The notes under the pieces: model-generated | Told to the model about the DNA's origin: nothing | Databases searched by the model: none | The model's input: the letters and a program-made list of their open reading frames with translations, nothing else | Program-made: the position numbers and the translations under genes | In this document: in pieces, positions 35,923 through 36,318 of the stretch | Layout: every line of letters starts with the position of its first letter | How positions within the stretch are numbered: position 1 is the stretch's first letter | Source of the DNA: Thermoproteaceae archaeon | Lineage (GTDB): Archaea; Thermoproteota; Thermoprotei; Thermoproteales; Thermoproteaceae | DNA length: 36,318 nucleotides | Assembly (NCBI GenBank): GCA_020833025.1 | Contig: JAJHRB010000007.1 | Coordinates: 1 to 36,318, forward strand | Direction: 5' to 3'

Positions 35923-36318
35923 CTAGGGCAGGAGCCGGAGCGTAAAGTAGGCCGCCGCGTAGGCCCAGTAGCCCAGCGCGATAAGCAGCACGTACGGCAC
36001 GCCGTACCTTGCCTTCACCCACTCTGCGTCTACTCTGACGCTCCTGGGGTCGTAGCGCTCCACGTCTCTCACGCTGCCGACGATGTACTTTAGCGGGCTC
36101 CTCGCGAGCTCCTCGCGCGAGACGCAGACGTGCGTGAGCATCTCAAAGGCGGTCATGCGGCAGGGCCTCCCGCGGTTCGTCACGTAGAGCCTCAGCATTA
36201 TTGCCGGCAGGGCCGCGCTACCGGCTGCAACCGCAATGAAGGCTGCTGGCAGCGAGCACACGGGCGGGGCCGCGCTGACGGCGGCCAGCGCGATTGAGTC
36301 CGCGTAGCCGGCGCCGAG
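35923..36318 (-). CDS. A24-family prepilin/preflagellin peptidase-like protein, C-terminal part
   Basis: Frame open to window edge: LGAGYADSIALAA (GxD motif) and C-terminal YGVPYVLLIALGY. Confidence 0.6.
   Translation of the reverse strand, partial: LGAGYADSIALAAVSAAPPVCSLPAAFIAVAAGSAALPAIMLRLYVTNRGRPCRMTAFEMLTHVCVSREELARSPLKYIVGSVRDVERYDPRSVRVDAEWVKARYGVPYVLLIALGYWAYAAAYFTLRLLP

Noticed and set aside
454-36022. Many overlapping ORFs in the six-frame track (e.g. 8816-9247, 12869-13489 full length, 21464-22396, 29196-29834)
   Set aside because: R/A/P/S-rich shadow frames of real genes in high-GC DNA, with no motifs or promoters.
1-36318. CRISPR array, intact IS elements, inteins or rRNA genes
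   Set aside because: No regularly spaced repeats, transposase with ends, oversized core proteins or rRNA motifs seen.

Overview
A GC-rich archaeal window from the Thermoproteaceae (Pyrobaculum/Thermoproteus-like). Evidence: PurB closely resembles the Pyrobaculum enzyme, the rpl32e-rpl19e-rpl18 block is isolated, mRNAs look leaderless about 25-30 nt after TATA boxes, and the tRNAs carry multiple introns. Most of it is core housekeeping: aIF-1A, r-proteins, purA/purB, tfe, queC/tgtA/folE, tatA/tatC, hisS, nuoD/H/I and an M1 aminopeptidase. The best signal is non-coding. Two separately promoted tRNA pieces carry GC-rich single-stranded extensions, which is the signature of trans-spliced (split) tRNAs. 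One is a 5' piece of a Thr-like tRNA at 9003. The other is a 3' piece of tRNA-Leu(CAA) at ~22681-22788. Its leader supplies the exact half of a bulge-helix-bulge (BHB) motif for a 21/22 junction, and it also has a cis intron inside the anticodon (34/35). Neither partner piece was found by eye in this window. Also present: a two-intron tRNA-Ala(GGC) (10/11 and 37/38), two C/D-box sRNAs, a shrunken and probably nuclease-dead TnpB-derived gene, an XRE-cupin-methyltransferase fusion with an EamA exporter in an AT-richer patch, a stand-alone HD(-CE-like) protein and a SecB-like gene beside tatC. All calls are by eye and from recalled family motifs; no searches were run.
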